Shown one piece after another: positions 35,904 through 50,062 of a stretch of 52,912 bases of DNA (position 1 is its first letter; each line of letters opens with the position of its first letter). The position numbers and the translations under genes are program-made. Where the stretch lies: contig JAHBMJ010000332.1 in assembly GCA_018398765.1 (NCBI GenBank), positions 186,001-238,912 on the forward strand, in the 5' to 3' direction. Under the pieces are notes generated by a model. It saw only the letters and a list, made by a program, of their open reading frames with translations, did not search any database and had not been told where the DNA came from. This stretch comes from Chromera velia (Eukaryota).

Positions 35904-37569
35904 GTAAAGTTGACAAAGCTGACGATTGTTTTTCTGACTGAAAGTTCCAGGAGTGCAGTCATCCTTGTGTTGTAGCTGCGCCGAGATGACTCGTTGACTC
36001 CCTGAGAAGTAATGTGGTAGAAAGCACACCTGTCGAACTTCCCTTCTGAGGGTTTGGAGCTCATTCGGTCGAAGCGGGATGTCGTTTTGGAGAGTGTTGT
36101 TCTATAGTTGGTTTATACATACATATTCGGCATGATCATGTACAGGTCGTATACTATATATATACATATATAGGAGCCTGAAACTTGGCTGACAATTAAA
36201 TTTTTAAATTTAAATGTACAGATCGCATTGCTAGTCGCAGTGGGAGCACTTGAATCACTTGATCTAGGACTTAATAATATGCTAGATAATATAAAGGCTG
36301 TCATAAATTGAGTTTATATATATATAAGACTCAAATATTCAAAGTTTGTGTATACACCGTGAAACATCATGATCTCTGTCAACTTTTACAGTGCACTTAG
36401 AATGTCAATTCACATGTAAATGTACATTTATTTCACATTTATGCCAGGGAGGTCTGATGCGTCTAGGCGCTTTCCCTGGAAGCCGCACGTCGGACATTCG
36501 GCATTGGGGCGGGAGACCAATCCTCCGGACATTAATCCTAATCCTAATCCTAACATCTACCAGTAGGTTTAAGTAGTAAGGTTTAATGTTAAGGTGATCG
36601 TCTCGATGTTAGGCCCGACCAGGTCATTATATTATCATATACAAACTGCATCATAACCATGTAACAATAAAAAGATATATAACGTATAATAATTGAAGAA
36701 AAAGAAAAAAGATTATTATATGTATAATATAATTGGACCCACATGAACTTAATTTATAAAAAACAATTGTTAGTTCAGTTTTCCGTGTCCCCCCTTCAGT
36801 GACCAGGGCGCCCCAGTCTAACGGCCCCGGTCTTCTACGGTTCTACCTTTGCTGCTATAGGCTATAGCTTTGCTGACACTTGCCCACATGATATGGGCCG
36901 CATGAGGGAGTCTGAGTCGGAACAGGATGTATATTAATATAAACGAAGAAAGCCCTCATTGACGGCTTGACAAGACATGGGTGACAGGGCAGACAGAATT
37001 GAAGATAAACGAAAACAGAGAGAGGCAGAGCTACCGGCAAGACGCCACAATGACTCGCAGCGTTATTGATCAAACATGCAAGCACAGGCGGAATATCGGA
37101 CAGGCAGAATACGCCAATAAACCCTCAAACGCAAGGGGAGAAAACGATTGAGCAATAAAGGCATGCACACAGTTCTCAAGACCCCTAAGGAAACAAACAG
37201 ATGCATGTGACTGTCCCCTGAATTTCGCTCCGCACCCCGGAGGTTTAGATAAGGCCCGGTCCCCCCCCTCAAAAACCTGTCGGGTCGATCAGACGAACGA
37301 TACCACCGCATCATGGCGGCACAAAAGACCCATGCATCGATCCATTAATTTCACTCTCTAAGTTCTCGATCCTCATTTCTATTCCTTGTCGAAGGATGGA
37401 TGGATGTCCCTTGCAGACGCTCTGAAAAAAGCCCGCCCAAAAGAAACCTCATGCGCACGCATGCATGAATACACAAAGCAAACACAAACATGTACCAACC
37501 ACGGAAGAAAGAAGGGAAGGTAGAAAAAGAGAATCAAAACCGTGAGCCAAGCAAGAGAAAAGAAAGAGA

Positions 37570-37610
<41 letters not shown>

Positions 37611-37720
37611 ACAAAGAACGAACGAACGAACGAACGAACGAACGAAAGAAAGAAAGAAAGAAAGAAAGAAAGAAAAGAAAGAAAGAAAGAAAAGAAAAGA
37701 AAGAAAGAAAGAAAAGAAAC
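37570..37720. repeat. (GA)n/(GAAC)n/(GAAA)n microsatellite
   Basis: Directly visible. Confidence 0.9.
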
Positions 37721-37881
37721 CAAACGCACGTTCATGTCGATGCACTCACACACACGAGCGGCAGTCAGATCACCTTTTCGCTCGTGCACAGGATTGAGGG
37801 GATCTAGAGAAGACAACCAAAACACACACGCAGACACACACACATAAAAAAGAGACAAGAGAGGGAGAGAAAGAGTACACA

Positions 37882-37923
<42 letters not shown>

Positions 37924-38398
37924 AGAGAGAAAGAGGGAAACAGGAAGAGAGAGACGCACATGCACACAAGTGTATGAAACCATACCCACACCACACAGAA
38001 TCACCCAAACGCATGGATGAACAAAGGGATGAATGGATGGAAAAACCGGCGGAGGAAAATGCTGACAGAAACCCATGGAGGTCTATTCCCATTGATCTCT
38101 ATACCAAAACGCCTCTCTTTAAGTTGTTTCCTTTCTCACACAAATGCATGTCTCTCTGTCTTCGTCCTGTCTCTCAGAGAGAGTAAGTTTCTGTCAATCC
38201 ATGACGCAGACCTTCCCCTTGCTTATTTCTCCCTCGGGAGACCTGCAATATGCCTTTCTTTCTGTTCTTCTGTTTTCTTCAAACTCTCTCAACCAGTCAG
38301 TCGACCTGCTCTCTTCCTTTTCATAGTGGCGGTAATTTAAAAGAACACACACAAAATTCTTCCTTCATTCGATCAGCTTGGCGCTGTCATACCAGCGT

Positions 38399-38429
<31 letters not shown>

Positions 38430-41400
38430 CTCTCTCGGATTGTATCGAGGTGTGTAGCACTCTCCCTCTCTCTGACCTTCTCTTGCTCTCCCTCCCTCTT
38501 TGTTTTTCTTTCGTTTGTTTGCTGAACCTTTTTCTCCAAGGGCCATCGCTTTTTCGTTGTCTGGCCGAATTCAGAGGGATGAAGGCACTCTCTCCTGCAA
38601 CCGTGCAATTAAACATTCCCAACTTGCTCATTTATCCGTCCGTCCATCCGTCAATCCATTTTCCGTCTCCCTCCGCCTCTTTCGACACCCCCCCCACTGT
38701 TCCCTCCTTATTCCGTTCGGTTCCGTTCCTTCTTTGGTCTCTGCTTGCAGTGATAGATAAATCAAGTAGACGGAGATTGTTAAAAAAAGGACGAAGGCGC
38801 CATTTCTGTAGCTACCCCTCCCTGCCCCCCCCCCAAAAAGCATGTAAACAGACAAAGAGACTGCCTGACAAATGCCCCCCATGAACCAATCAATCAATAC
38901 GTCGCCCGTCGCCCCTGCCTGATCGAAGCCCGGTCGGTCAAATGAACAAATCAATTTTACCCGTGAGTGAATAAATGAATGAATGAATGAGTAAATGGAT
39001 GAATGCACCGAAAAGATCACATCCATCGGTCGATCCATCCATCCAAATTCATTCCACGGAGGGAAAATTTTGCTTTCGCTTTTTGTTAATTTGTTGCAAT
39101 CAGACAGACAGGCGGGCCGCATGGGTGAAGGAAAAGGCCGGCAGGCAGGGACGAACAGAACGACGAATGAGCATTGAAAGGAAAGAAAGGGACGCTCCGA
39201 GAAGCCTGCAGGGCAGAGAAGGGTTTAGAAGGGATGGGGATGGAGACCCAAGAAATGGAGAGGAAAACAGCCGGAGAGGTGGTCGGGGGAAGAGAGGGAG
39301 AGGAGGAAAGTTGGGCAGAGAAACCTTCCCTTCCTATTTGGCGGAAAGGAAAGGAGTCGATTCGTGAATGGATGAATGAACGAACAAATGAATTTATGCG
39401 CCAGTTAGAAGTCGAACGAACAGACAGTACCTCCCTATTCGTTCGTTCGTCCGACAACTTTTTGATCTCACTTTTGCATCTTCTTTCCTTCCTTCCTTCC
39501 TTCCTTCCTTCCCTCCTCAATTTGAGCGTTGGGAGTCAGAGGTTTTTGTTTTTGTGTCTCTTTATGTGTCAGTCTGCCTGTCTCTCGCTCTGAGTGAAAG
39601 AGAACATGACAGAGGAAGGATGCTAGCGCCCTTCCTTCTTTTTTCACACACCGTTTTTCTCCTCTCCTCTTCGTCCTTTCCTTTCCTCTCCCGCAAGGTA
39701 CTTACTTTCTCCCTTGCAACCGCCCTCCCTGAATTCGTCCTCTCTCACAGGCCAGAGAGACGAGGAAGTCGAGCGGGAAGAGCCACAGACGGCAGCAATA
39801 AGAAACAAGAGAGAAAAGAAGAAAAGAGAAAAGAAACAAAAGAAGAGGAAAGGAGAGTGAAGTGAGGGGGGGGAAGTGAGGGTAGAAAGCCACTTAGTTC
39901 GTTCGTTCGTTAATGTATCGCAAAACTGTTCGCTCACTCGATCAATAGATGGATCGACCGATGGTCATCTATCAATTGAGTAAGTGAGTGAGTGGTCAGG
40001 AGTGACTGAGTGAGTGGGTGAGTAACAGGAAAAGAAAAAAGTCAAAAGACCAGATAAGACGACCGGTCTGCGTCTTCTGGAAGCACGTTCTTTCTTTCCT
40101 TCCCCGCCCTTCTCTCCCTTCCCTCTTCTCTCTTGATCGATGGATTGATGGATGGATGAGTTGGTGGATGAACGTTGATTCAGAGAATGAAAGAGTGGAG
40201 GAAGGGGAAGGGGAAACGGGACAAAAAATGGACCTCTCTGTCGATCTCTCTCACCGAGCCTGCCGCACGGCCGATAGGAGGAGCCTTTGTGTGTAAGGGG
40301 AGGGGACGGAGACGGCAAGTGAGATAACAAGGGCTGCATTTGTACGCTCGAGCAATAAGTTCTTCCTAAAGTGGCGGAGAGACAGACGTAGCAATAGGGG
40401 GCAGAGAAGGGGGGGCATCACGCTGATGAGAATAAACGAAAGAAATTTTGAGCGTGAGGGGAGGGAATCCATTGACTGTCTGTCTAAGTGAATTGACAGA
40501 TGACCGAATGGATGAATGAATGAATAAAAAAATAGGTGATGATGCGCGGTCACTGAATGTGCATCGATGAGCACGGTCGATCGAGAAGACAGGTGGTGGA
40601 GTGGATCGAGTCGTGAGTTGATCCACTGACTGACTTGACAAAAAATGACACACTTTCCCTGAAGACGTGCATGCTTCAGCACGTCACGTGACGTCACTTC
40701 TTTTTTCTTGTTTCCATACGCCCCACATGCTCTCTCTGTCTCTCCTTCAGCATTCAATCATGCAGGGTAGGTAAGGGTAAGTGCACGAACAGCAAGACAG
40801 AAGGAAAAGTGGCAAGGAAGGAAAACGAAAAGGAAACGGAAGTGGAGACAGCTAAGATAGCACAAAAGAGAAGAAACACCTCTGTAGGGAGGAACCGAAA
40901 TCCCTTCGAAAAAACAGAAAGAAAGAAATCAATCAATCATGCAGCCAATCAATCGATCCGTCAGACCAGCTGCATGCATGGCATGCACACATGCAGGGGA
41001 GGAGTCCCGGCGTTTGACGCCGAGCTGTTGGCACACAAATGAATGGAGTAAGTGAGAGGGTAACCCTCGGTCCTTCCTTTCTTCTTTGGTGCACAGACTT
41101 GTCAGTCTACCTTGTCTGAAAAAGGAAAAAGAAACAAAAGAGAAAGAAACGCTGTGGGTGCTCATATCCCTCAGCCACCCGTGGCCTCTCTCTCCTTCCT
41201 TCTCTTTCTGTGTCTGTCTCTCTCTCCCTCCTTCTCTCTTTCTGTGTCTGTCTCTCTCTCCCTCCTTCTCTCTTTCTGTGTCTGTTTGTCTTTCTCTTTC
41301 TTTCTTTCTTTCTTTCTTTCTATGCTTTCTTTCTTTCTTTCTTTCTATGTTTTCTTCATTCTTTTCCTTCCTTGCTTTCCTTTATTGCTGAAACTTCTTT

Positions 41401-41829
41401 CGGTCGGCTACGGTTTGCATTTCTTTGATACCATACCTACCTGACCATTTTCCTTTCCCTCACGCAGAAGTGCGTGTCTATATTTCATATTTCTTCCTTC
41501 CGATTCTCACTCTCTTTTCCTTCACTATCTCCTTGCTTGAAGGTGATCCACTGACCCACCAAGCTTCCTTCAACCACTGATGGTCTTGGCGCGCCGTGCT
41601 CTCTTGATTACTTTTGTCAACCAACCCACCAACGAATCATCTAACTGTCAGCCTCCTTTCCTTCCAACAAAATGCTTTCTTACTTATCTTTTCCCTTGCT
41701 TCATGCCTATCTGAGGTCAAAAAAATACGGACGAAAATTGACAAAGACGGGTATCTATTCCCGTCTTCACACTCTCATATTCTGTCCTTCAATCAGCCCG
41801 TCTCTCTGCTGTCTCGCCCATCGATGGAG

Positions 41830-42375
41830 TCACACCCCTCCACCGGGTTCCTTCAAAGCCCTGCTGCTGTCTGAAGTGGACCTGAGCGGGTAAGGAGAGT
41901 GGGAACAACTCGCATCATGCCCATTCACATCATGCGGGGGAGAGGTGGAGGGGTCATCCAGCGGAGTCATGGGGGGAGGGAGGGCGTCCCCGTCTCCATG
42001 AGGGGGTGGGGGCATCGCCTCCTCTCCCGAATCGCTACAGGGCGGTACGTGGGGCGAATGGTGCATGCATCTTGTGGCGGCTGTTGAAGAAGAAGACGAG
42101 GAGGAAGAGTGGCCACAGGAAGAGGAGTTGATGTTCATCCCCCCATGATCGCACAAAACTATCGGAGGAGCTCCCTCAAGAGCCTCTCGCCCCCCTACCA
42201 TGCCAACATCCCCTCCTCGATTCTCAACAGTCCCTCCCGTATTCAAATGGGGATCCTCGGTGGCATTTGGGGCACTGCCACTGCTGCTGCTTGGATTCAT
42301 ATTCCCGTTCGGGGTCCCTGCAGCATGTCCGTTCTGCATCAGGTTGCAGAACGCCTCAAAACTGCTCGACAGAGC

Positions 42376-42421
<46 letters not shown>

Positions 42422-44709
42422 GACAGAGGCGGAGGGAGGTGAGAAGGAGAGTGAGAGGGAGTGAGAGAGACTTACGAAAGAACAACCTGACAGACACGAT
42501 GGTGGTGTAAAGCTCGGGGGGACACACGTAGACGCACACACAAGATGATTCTGCTCGATCGAAGCAGATAGAGAGAGCTCCAGTAACCAACTAGAGGCCG
42601 AAGCCCAAAGCCAGCACGAGAAGGCGGGCAACGATGTTGTTGTAACACTTGGGAACATACATTCACCATGCTTTTTTCCTTCCTTGCCTCCCTCTCTGCC
42701 TACTTTCTTTGTTTCTTCTTTCCACCCTTACATCCCTAATTCGACTTTCCACTTTTTGCGTCTTCCGACCTGCGGCCACCCCCAGCCCATTTATCGACTC
42801 CATTTTTTGTTTATCAAGTGAGTACATGAGAAAGAGGGACCCAAACACACGAGGGAGAAACAGCAAAGAGGGATGAAAAGAGAAGGAAGGGTTGAAGTGA
42901 AGCGACGGAGGCCCCATCCAACCCACCCACCCCCCCACCGGGAGAAATTGCGGACGCCACCCGAGTTCTTCCGTCGCTTCTCGAAGACTCATCCACCTCC
43001 TGTCTCTGCAATCAATTGAATGAAGAAGAGTCCCACCAAGTCCTGAAGAGAACCAAGAAAAAAAGAAAACACACACTGAAGGAATGTAGGAAGGAAGGGA
43101 GTGCAAAAAACCTTCGGACACGCAAAATACCGGGTCCGCGTACCAAAAAAAAACAGAACCGAAGACCACATGGGCATAAGAAGAAGAAGGGCGTGTCTTA
43201 CCAGCAGAGACAGAATCACTGTCTTGTCTGCTCGTCATTCCTATCCCCCCCCCCCCCNNNNNNNNNNNCCCCCCTGCTTTTACTCGAAGAAAGGAAGGAA
43301 AAGAGAACCGACCTCCAAGACTCCGGCCACTCCGGGAGGAGCTCCTCGCAACTCACGAGGAACAAACGAGTCAGAGTGTGCTGCGCACAGACAGACATTC
43401 CATAGTGCATGGATGTATGATACGCACACGATCGAGTGAAAAGCTGATAGATACACTAATGCGTGTAGCTCTTCCTTCCTTCCTTCCTTCCTCCATTCAT
43501 TCATTCGTTCATTCATTCATTCTTGGGACAATGCTCTCTGTCCTCCCAATTTGAAGGAGGAACACTTCATTCAGGTAGGCATAACGCCTCTCGTCAAGTC
43601 TGTTCATAGGTTCAAGGCATCTCGACCTTTGAGGTACGAATACGTGTAGATGCACCTTCAAGAAGTAGAGAGGGATGCGATGCGAGTCATGAAACTGAGT
43701 CCGAGGGCAGAGAGGACGGGAGACATCAGGAAGGACAACGAAACAGAGAAAAGCAGAATAGTCGCCGTCGCACAAACGACAGACGAATGAGAGCCACTGG
43801 GTGTCCTCATTGTTTCATACCACCTGCCGTCACTTAGACTCACTCCCTCACTCACATTTTCATGTGCGTAGAAATCGCCCAGGTCGCTTTGACACGAACA
43901 CCTCACCCCTGCCTCCTCAAATGCCTCTCGAACTGCACAGGACAAGACGGACAGATCAAAATGGTGGGGAAGTGAGAAAATACATACAAGCAGAACTTGC
44001 CACATAAGAGAGACAGGTGGGGAAGACAATACCCGACAGACAGCATACAGAGAGGGAAGGGACAATTCCGCTTGGGGGGCGAGAGCCAAGAGCAAGGGAC
44101 CAACAAACAAACAGACAGGCAGGCAGGAGCACGCGATCCAGGTCCCTGCCAGTCCCTTCCCTCTCTGTCTGCCCGCACTGCCTGACGCACCTGCGCATGT
44201 TTCCAGGCTGTCATCATCTGTTTCGAAGGTTCCACTAGGGAGCACCCACTTGACTTTGGATCGATTGGACACCAGGAGGATCTCCACGGAGTCCATGTCC
44301 AGGGCCCGACCCGCAACAGAAGCTTCGGGCGAGACCCTCAAAACTGAAGCAGAAACACAAACACAAACAGGCGAATGAGGGGAGTGCGAGGGGGGAACTC
44401 GGGGAAAGGGGCAGCAGACGGCCCGCCGAAAACAAGCAGATCAGAATGAACCGATTGCAGAAAGAGGGCGCAAATATGCAAAAGGGAAGACCTTACTGAA
44501 GCTCTTAGCAACCCACCCAGGGCTCCACATCGTCTTTTTGGCCCCCCATCAGTGGGGTGTCTGCTCGGCCTCCCTGGAGCCTTCTCTCCTGCCCCTCCTG
44601 TGGGCGGAGGAGCGTCTGGCGCTATCGGAGTCGGCGCCTTACCCTGCATACCGCCTCCCTGTCCCCAAGCACTGATGCTCCCCGAAGTTATTGACCCGGG
44701 ACTGCTCAT
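41830..44709 (-). CDS. Nudix hydrolase, DIPP/Ap4A (diphosphoinositol-polyphosphate phosphohydrolase-like) family
   Basis: Exons 44709-44517, 44343-44191, 43932-43856, 43380-43313, 43005-42939, 42375-41830 splice in frame. Product includes KRRCGALVLR...EILLVSNRSKVKWVLPSGTFETDDDSLETCAVREAFEEAGV (Nudix box)...HTLTRLFLVSCEELLPEWPESWRDRRWMSLREA. The C-terminal tail is low-complexity and the 3' end is less certain. Confidence 0.9.
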
Positions 44710-45427
44710 TGCCAATCAACCAATCAACCAAGAACCCACTCAATTAATTAGGGGCAAATCACAAGAAAGGACCAAATGTTCAAGGCCGAAAGATCGCGCC
44801 CAAAACAAATGAACTCACAAACGACTAGCGAACAAAGTTCAAGCCGCTTCTGCTCTCGCTCACACGGCATTCATGAGAGCCTCTATACAACCGAATCCCG
44901 CAGCACTGAAGACCAGCTCCATGATTGGCAATGCAGGTCTCCAGAGATGCTTCGGGTTTCAGTACAAAAAGCTTCAGACACTCAGCAAACAGGGTAAGCT
45001 GAGGATCACAGCTAGGCAAACAGACTACGCCTGACACCTAGAGATTGACTTTGTGTGACAGTCGAGCGTAGAGATCAGATCAGCGTGAAAGTACGTGAAA
45101 GAGACCGAATTAAGAGCCGTCGATCTCGGAATGCAGACTTTATCTTTTGTGGTGACGTCTCCGCAAGCTTCATGCCGGGGCTCTTTAATTGAAAAAAAGT
45201 TTGCACGAGGGGGGCCCTCGCGCAGCGCGGGCGCGGGCCGCCGGCCCGGCGCCGGGCCCGGCCCAGCTGGGCCATCCGCCTTCCTCCATTCTCCTTCCCC
45301 GCCTCCATATCGATATACACTTGCTTAATTCTTCTGACAGGAAGCTTCAGCGATCATTCAAGCTCTTTCAATCTGAACATTTTTGTGTTGCATAGGTCAG
45401 TACAACCCGAACTCTGCTGTAAGAGAC
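44710..45427. promoter_or_regulatory. Putative bidirectional promoter between the Nudix and 7TM genes
   Basis: Head-to-head genes ~720 bp apart, with a nearly pure GC, self-complementary core at 45210-45272. Confidence 0.5.
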
Positions 45428-46118
45428 ATGCGCAGTCTTGTAGCAGACGGGGGTGGAGAGGGGAGGACGGGGGGTCTGGAAGCATCAGATCTGTGTTCTC
45501 CTGCCAAGACGATGGCAGCAATGGCGATGTGTTGTTTTGATCTATGGGGTTTGTTGATTCTCTGGTGGGCGCTGATGACGTGGCGAGGCAGACGGACACT
45601 TGGCATGGTGACTACACAGCTGCAGAAGCTGTTGTGCTTCCCTGTGACACTTCACTCCATAGTCATGTTATGCCAATTTGCACTCTTTCTCCAAGTGAGT
45701 CCTTGCCTTCCCTTCCGCTATGTCCAATGCGTAAGTCAGGCAAAGAGCAATAGAAATCTGCCTTCTGTGGCTCCTCTCTTTCCTTCTTGCAGTGTCCAAA
45801 CTTTTCGGGAGAGGAGGGCAAACCCGCAATGGTGTATCGACTGACTCGCATTACCTTATCGACTTTGGCTGCCACAGTCTCCTTTGCCATCCTGTCTCTC
45901 CTCTCCAGAGGACTCTTCGTCTCTAGGTTCCAGCTATCAAGGAAACAAGGAGTCACCGCAGCCACCCTGGTAAGCAGGACAGGGGAGCCTGGGATGGGAG
46001 GGAGCAGTGACCTTTCCTTCCCTCCAAGCAGACCTCGGCGTCTCCTTTCTCTTTCACGCACACTGTCCCAGTATCTCCCGTCCAAGTACAGCTTTCCTCC
46101 ATCCTTTCTCCCTCTTCC

Positions 46119-46160
<42 letters not shown>

Positions 46161-48615
46161 TCTTTCGCTCTCTTTCTCCCTCTCCTTTTCCATCGTTTGA
46201 TGTCTCTTATCCTCTTGGTACCAGTTGCCCGAACTCTTTTCCTATTTGGCTTTCTTTTTAAAAAAACTGCCTCTACCATGAGTTGAAAAATACCCGCTCT
46301 CTTTTCTTCACTGGTTCCTCTGCCTTGTCAGACAGTCTTTTTCGCTCCATGAATGACGTTCTTTGCTTGCCTGCCTGGGCAAGTGCATCCTTCTCCTTCT
46401 ACCTTCCCTTGCTGTTTCTCACTCTGCCGTGTTTCATCTCTGAGCGTCCTCGTGTGCTCGCAATGTGCATGAATGATTTTCCTCTTCTGCTGTCCTTCTT
46501 CGTGTCTTTCTCCCTTTATTTCCTTTCCGCTTCTCTGTCGCTTCCTCCGATCCCAGTCCCCATCAGGTCCTGTGAAGACGACCTCTTCAGTCTGACACTT
46601 CCATCTGCCTTCCCTTTTCCGGTACAAAGTCGTGAACCCATTTGCCTTTATGTTCCCTTACCCACATGCTGTCTCCTTCTCTCTCTTCCAACCCTCCCAA
46701 ATACAGATCGTGGCCGTGTACATGCTTGAGTCCTCCGACAACTTTCGCATCATTCCCTGGAGACAGCTGATGCTCTGGATCCGGGTGGCGGCCTACACGG
46801 GACTCTGCGGGCACCTTCTGTTTGTCTGTCGACGCACGTACCTCTTTTTGAGGACTCGTCTCCTCTTCTCCAGTGTGACCCGACTGACCAGGTTCCAGCC
46901 TGCACTCGCAGCGAAGACCGCAATGATTCGGGATTTGGGTGTCGCGATTGTGGTGTGGTACTTTCTGGATGTCTGTCTGGGTACTTTTCTCTTCTCCGCC
47001 TTGAAAGTCCAGGGTTCCCCCTCCCCCCTTCCCTCTTACTTGGACCCTTCCTCCATTGAACAGCTGGAGGATTCCCCTCTCGGGTTTGGTCTGAGAGGGA
47101 TTGCCAACGTGGTCCTGTGGTCCTCTGTGATAATCATCTTCAGACCCAGACCCCACATCCCCTACTTCTCCCTCGTTCAGGTTGGTCCGTCAAGTCGTCC
47201 TTCCTGCATGGATGGGCAGGCAGATGCTTTGATGTGTGTCCGTTCATGCGTGGGAGGGAGGACGGATGAGGAGAATGAGGGTGTGGGGCGCCGGATGGGT
47301 TGTGAGAGAGACATCTGAAGAGACTGACTGACTTTCTTCCTCTATCGAAAGGCTTTGATTCTATCTAGCTGTACGTCTTGCGGCCGTCTTATTTTGTGAC
47401 GTGATTTGTGTGATGATCCGGTCATGCTCTCTTTAGATTCCTCTTTTTTCTTCTCAGGCTTCTTGAATAGATACTCATGGATGGCAGTGGATGGATGGAT
47501 GCTTGAATCCTGACTGACTGACTTATCGGCTGTTTCACAAGCGACTGACTGACTGACTGACTGACTACCTGACAGACTGACTGACACACGGACGTACGGA
47601 CGGATGAATGAATGCCTTACGGGGACGAAAGAGTGAAAGAGTGGGTCCCCTTTTGCAAAGATGGGTGGACGGATGAATGAATGAATCAATTAACGAATGA
47701 ATGGGAAAATAAGAAAGTAAACCTATGCTTGGCTGCATGCAGTACAACGAGCCCGTGGTCCCCCTGGTGCCCCTCTACAGTGCCTCTGTGGTTGGAGGGC
47801 CGGCCCCGGACCCCGAGACAGGCCACGACCGTACCAGCCGGGGAAGTGCAGGAGGGACAGAGCCCCAGACGTACACTGCGCGTGCGTTGATACAGTCCAT
47901 CATCAGAACGGGCTGTCTGCCTCCCTCGCCCCCCCTGCCACTGGTGGTTATTGTCAACCCCCCTTTTCCGAAACCTGACAGCGTGCGTGAAAAGAGAAAA
48001 GCAAGCGACGAGCAAGGGGATTCAGAAGAGCCACCTGGTCCCTCCGAAGACAGACTTCGTCAAAGTCTGTTTTCCCCTGAGGAGAACGGAGGAGGAGCAG
48101 AAAGACCGGAAGCGAGGAGGGAGGAGGGAGAAAAGCACGATGAGGAAAACCCCCCTGACAGACCCACACGGCAAGCTGACAGACTGCTGAACGTCCCTCC
48201 CAATGCAGCAACTTCCGCTTCTGCGGGAATTTTGAGAGGGTCGTTTTCGGACTCCGTTGCGTCTTTTGGTCCCGGTGGAGGCACTTACAGCATTTGTCTG
48301 GGACAGCCCGTCTTCCCCCTCCCTCCCCGTCCGTCTACCGCTGTGCAGACCTCAAGAGATCATGCGCAGGCTGAAAGGGGTGATCATCCTGGGAGTGGGG
48401 GTGGTCGCCTTGTGGCGCCCCTAGATCCTGATGAGGACGTGCCGTCTCCTGCTGAGAGTGATGAAGAGAAGGAAGAGGAAGCTGCGGTGGCTCCAGAGGC
48501 AGCGAGGGGGGCTTCAAACCTTCGCCCAGGAAGGGGGGGAGAGGAGCTTGCTGGTCCGAGGGAAGACACATTCTTCACTCCTATTAGCTCTTCAAGGCAG
48601 TTAGAGCAACAATGA
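45428..48615 (+). CDS. Multi-pass (probably 7TM) membrane protein, GOST/GPR107-GPR180-like or GPCR-like, with long disordered C-tail
   Basis: Exons 45428-45694, 45793-45969, 46707-47180, 47743-48615 have canonical borders and join in frame; an extra exon is possible. Multiple hydrophobic helices, the last ending in IIIFRPRPH.PYF. Family assignment is from topology only. Confidence 0.7.
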
Positions 48616-48848
48616 AAATGTTACAAAACTTTTCGACTATAATACGATTGTTTATCATACTGTCAGAGATGTATTGTAACTTTCACATCTGGTAACGATT
48701 CTGGTTGTATAATGGTTATATTATATTATCAGGCTTGTCTGTTTCTCCGCAGTATTGGACTAGGTATTGGAAAGCGTATAGATTGTTCAGGTAATATGTA
48801 TAAAATCGATAATAAATTATTGATTAATCAGTTGTTAAGTACATGATA

Positions 48849-48881
<33 letters not shown>

Positions 48882-50062
48882 ATGTTCCGCCCTAGGGCCT
48901 TCCTGCTATGTCTATCTGCGATAGTGATTTGATTGGCACCTTAAGTAGAGTTTCACTCCTTGAGTTATCTAGGATATGTTAAAATTTAAATCTCGCTAAG
49001 TCTTATAGTTCATTATCTTAATTTACCCATTCTTTAGCAGATAAGCATCTATCCTAACATCTATCAGATTCGCAACTCTAAATCAGATTTGCATCCTAGT
49101 TCTATCTAGTTAGCATCTATCACATAAACATCTAAGTTTAATGCATATGTAGCTTGTTTGATAAGTACTGATAAATTATGATAACCGCGATAGCTGATCA
49201 TAGCTCCCTCCTCCAACGCTCCACCACTTGACGCCATAAAAGGTACAAAGAGAAATGAAACTTATGTAATTTTTAGTATTTTTGTGTACAAACGTAGGAT
49301 CACGTATGAATATTAGTACAAAAAAAAAATGATAGACTTTTATCGATATACAGCCGCAATTATAGCCGCAATTCACGCACCCGCTATAGCTTGATCTGCC
49401 CGATGTGTATGTGCATGCATGCATATACGGCATGCATGTGTACTAGTAGTAGAGCGCGCATAGCGCGCGAACTGACTTGTATCTTCTTTAGTACGTGTCT
49501 GCCTAGGTGTCTGCATATATAGATATTTCTTTTATCACCTCTTTGGGCGTGTATTGGTCCGGTATGCATAGGTTCGGTTCGTATTTCCGTCAATCCTAGT
49601 TGCTCTACATAGGTACCCTGCGTGGTCCCTATGCCTGCCCCTAGAATTGCCATAAAAATTCCTTCCTGCGAGATGTGTTGAGGTCCCTGCATGCCTAGGG
49701 CCTCGCACTCTTAATCACTCCCTGCCTTGCTGGATGTGTTCGGGTGATCTATCGATTCGATGTGAAGGTGGGATACAAAAATAGAGACTGATCAACACTT
49801 CCTCCACTGATCTCCCTTTCTCCTGCTTTTCCTTTCCTTTTCTGTTCCTTGTGTTGATACTGAATATTTTAAAGAATTCTTTTCTCTTCAACAGTGTTAT
49901 TCCTTTCTTTCCCTCTTCATGCAATGGGTCTCTTCAACCTTGTACTTTTTCTGTACAAAATTTAATTGTGTTCAACTCTTTCTTGATCTCCTTATTTCTT
50001 CCTTCCTTCAGTAGTTCTTCCCCCCCCCTCTCCCTTTTTTTTCTTCACTCTCCTCCGTTTGT

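Noticed and set aside
48891..49703. 10-bp direct repeat cctagggcct as a possible TSD around an 800-bp insert
   Set aside because: No terminal inverted repeats or poly(A) tail at the implied ends; may be chance.
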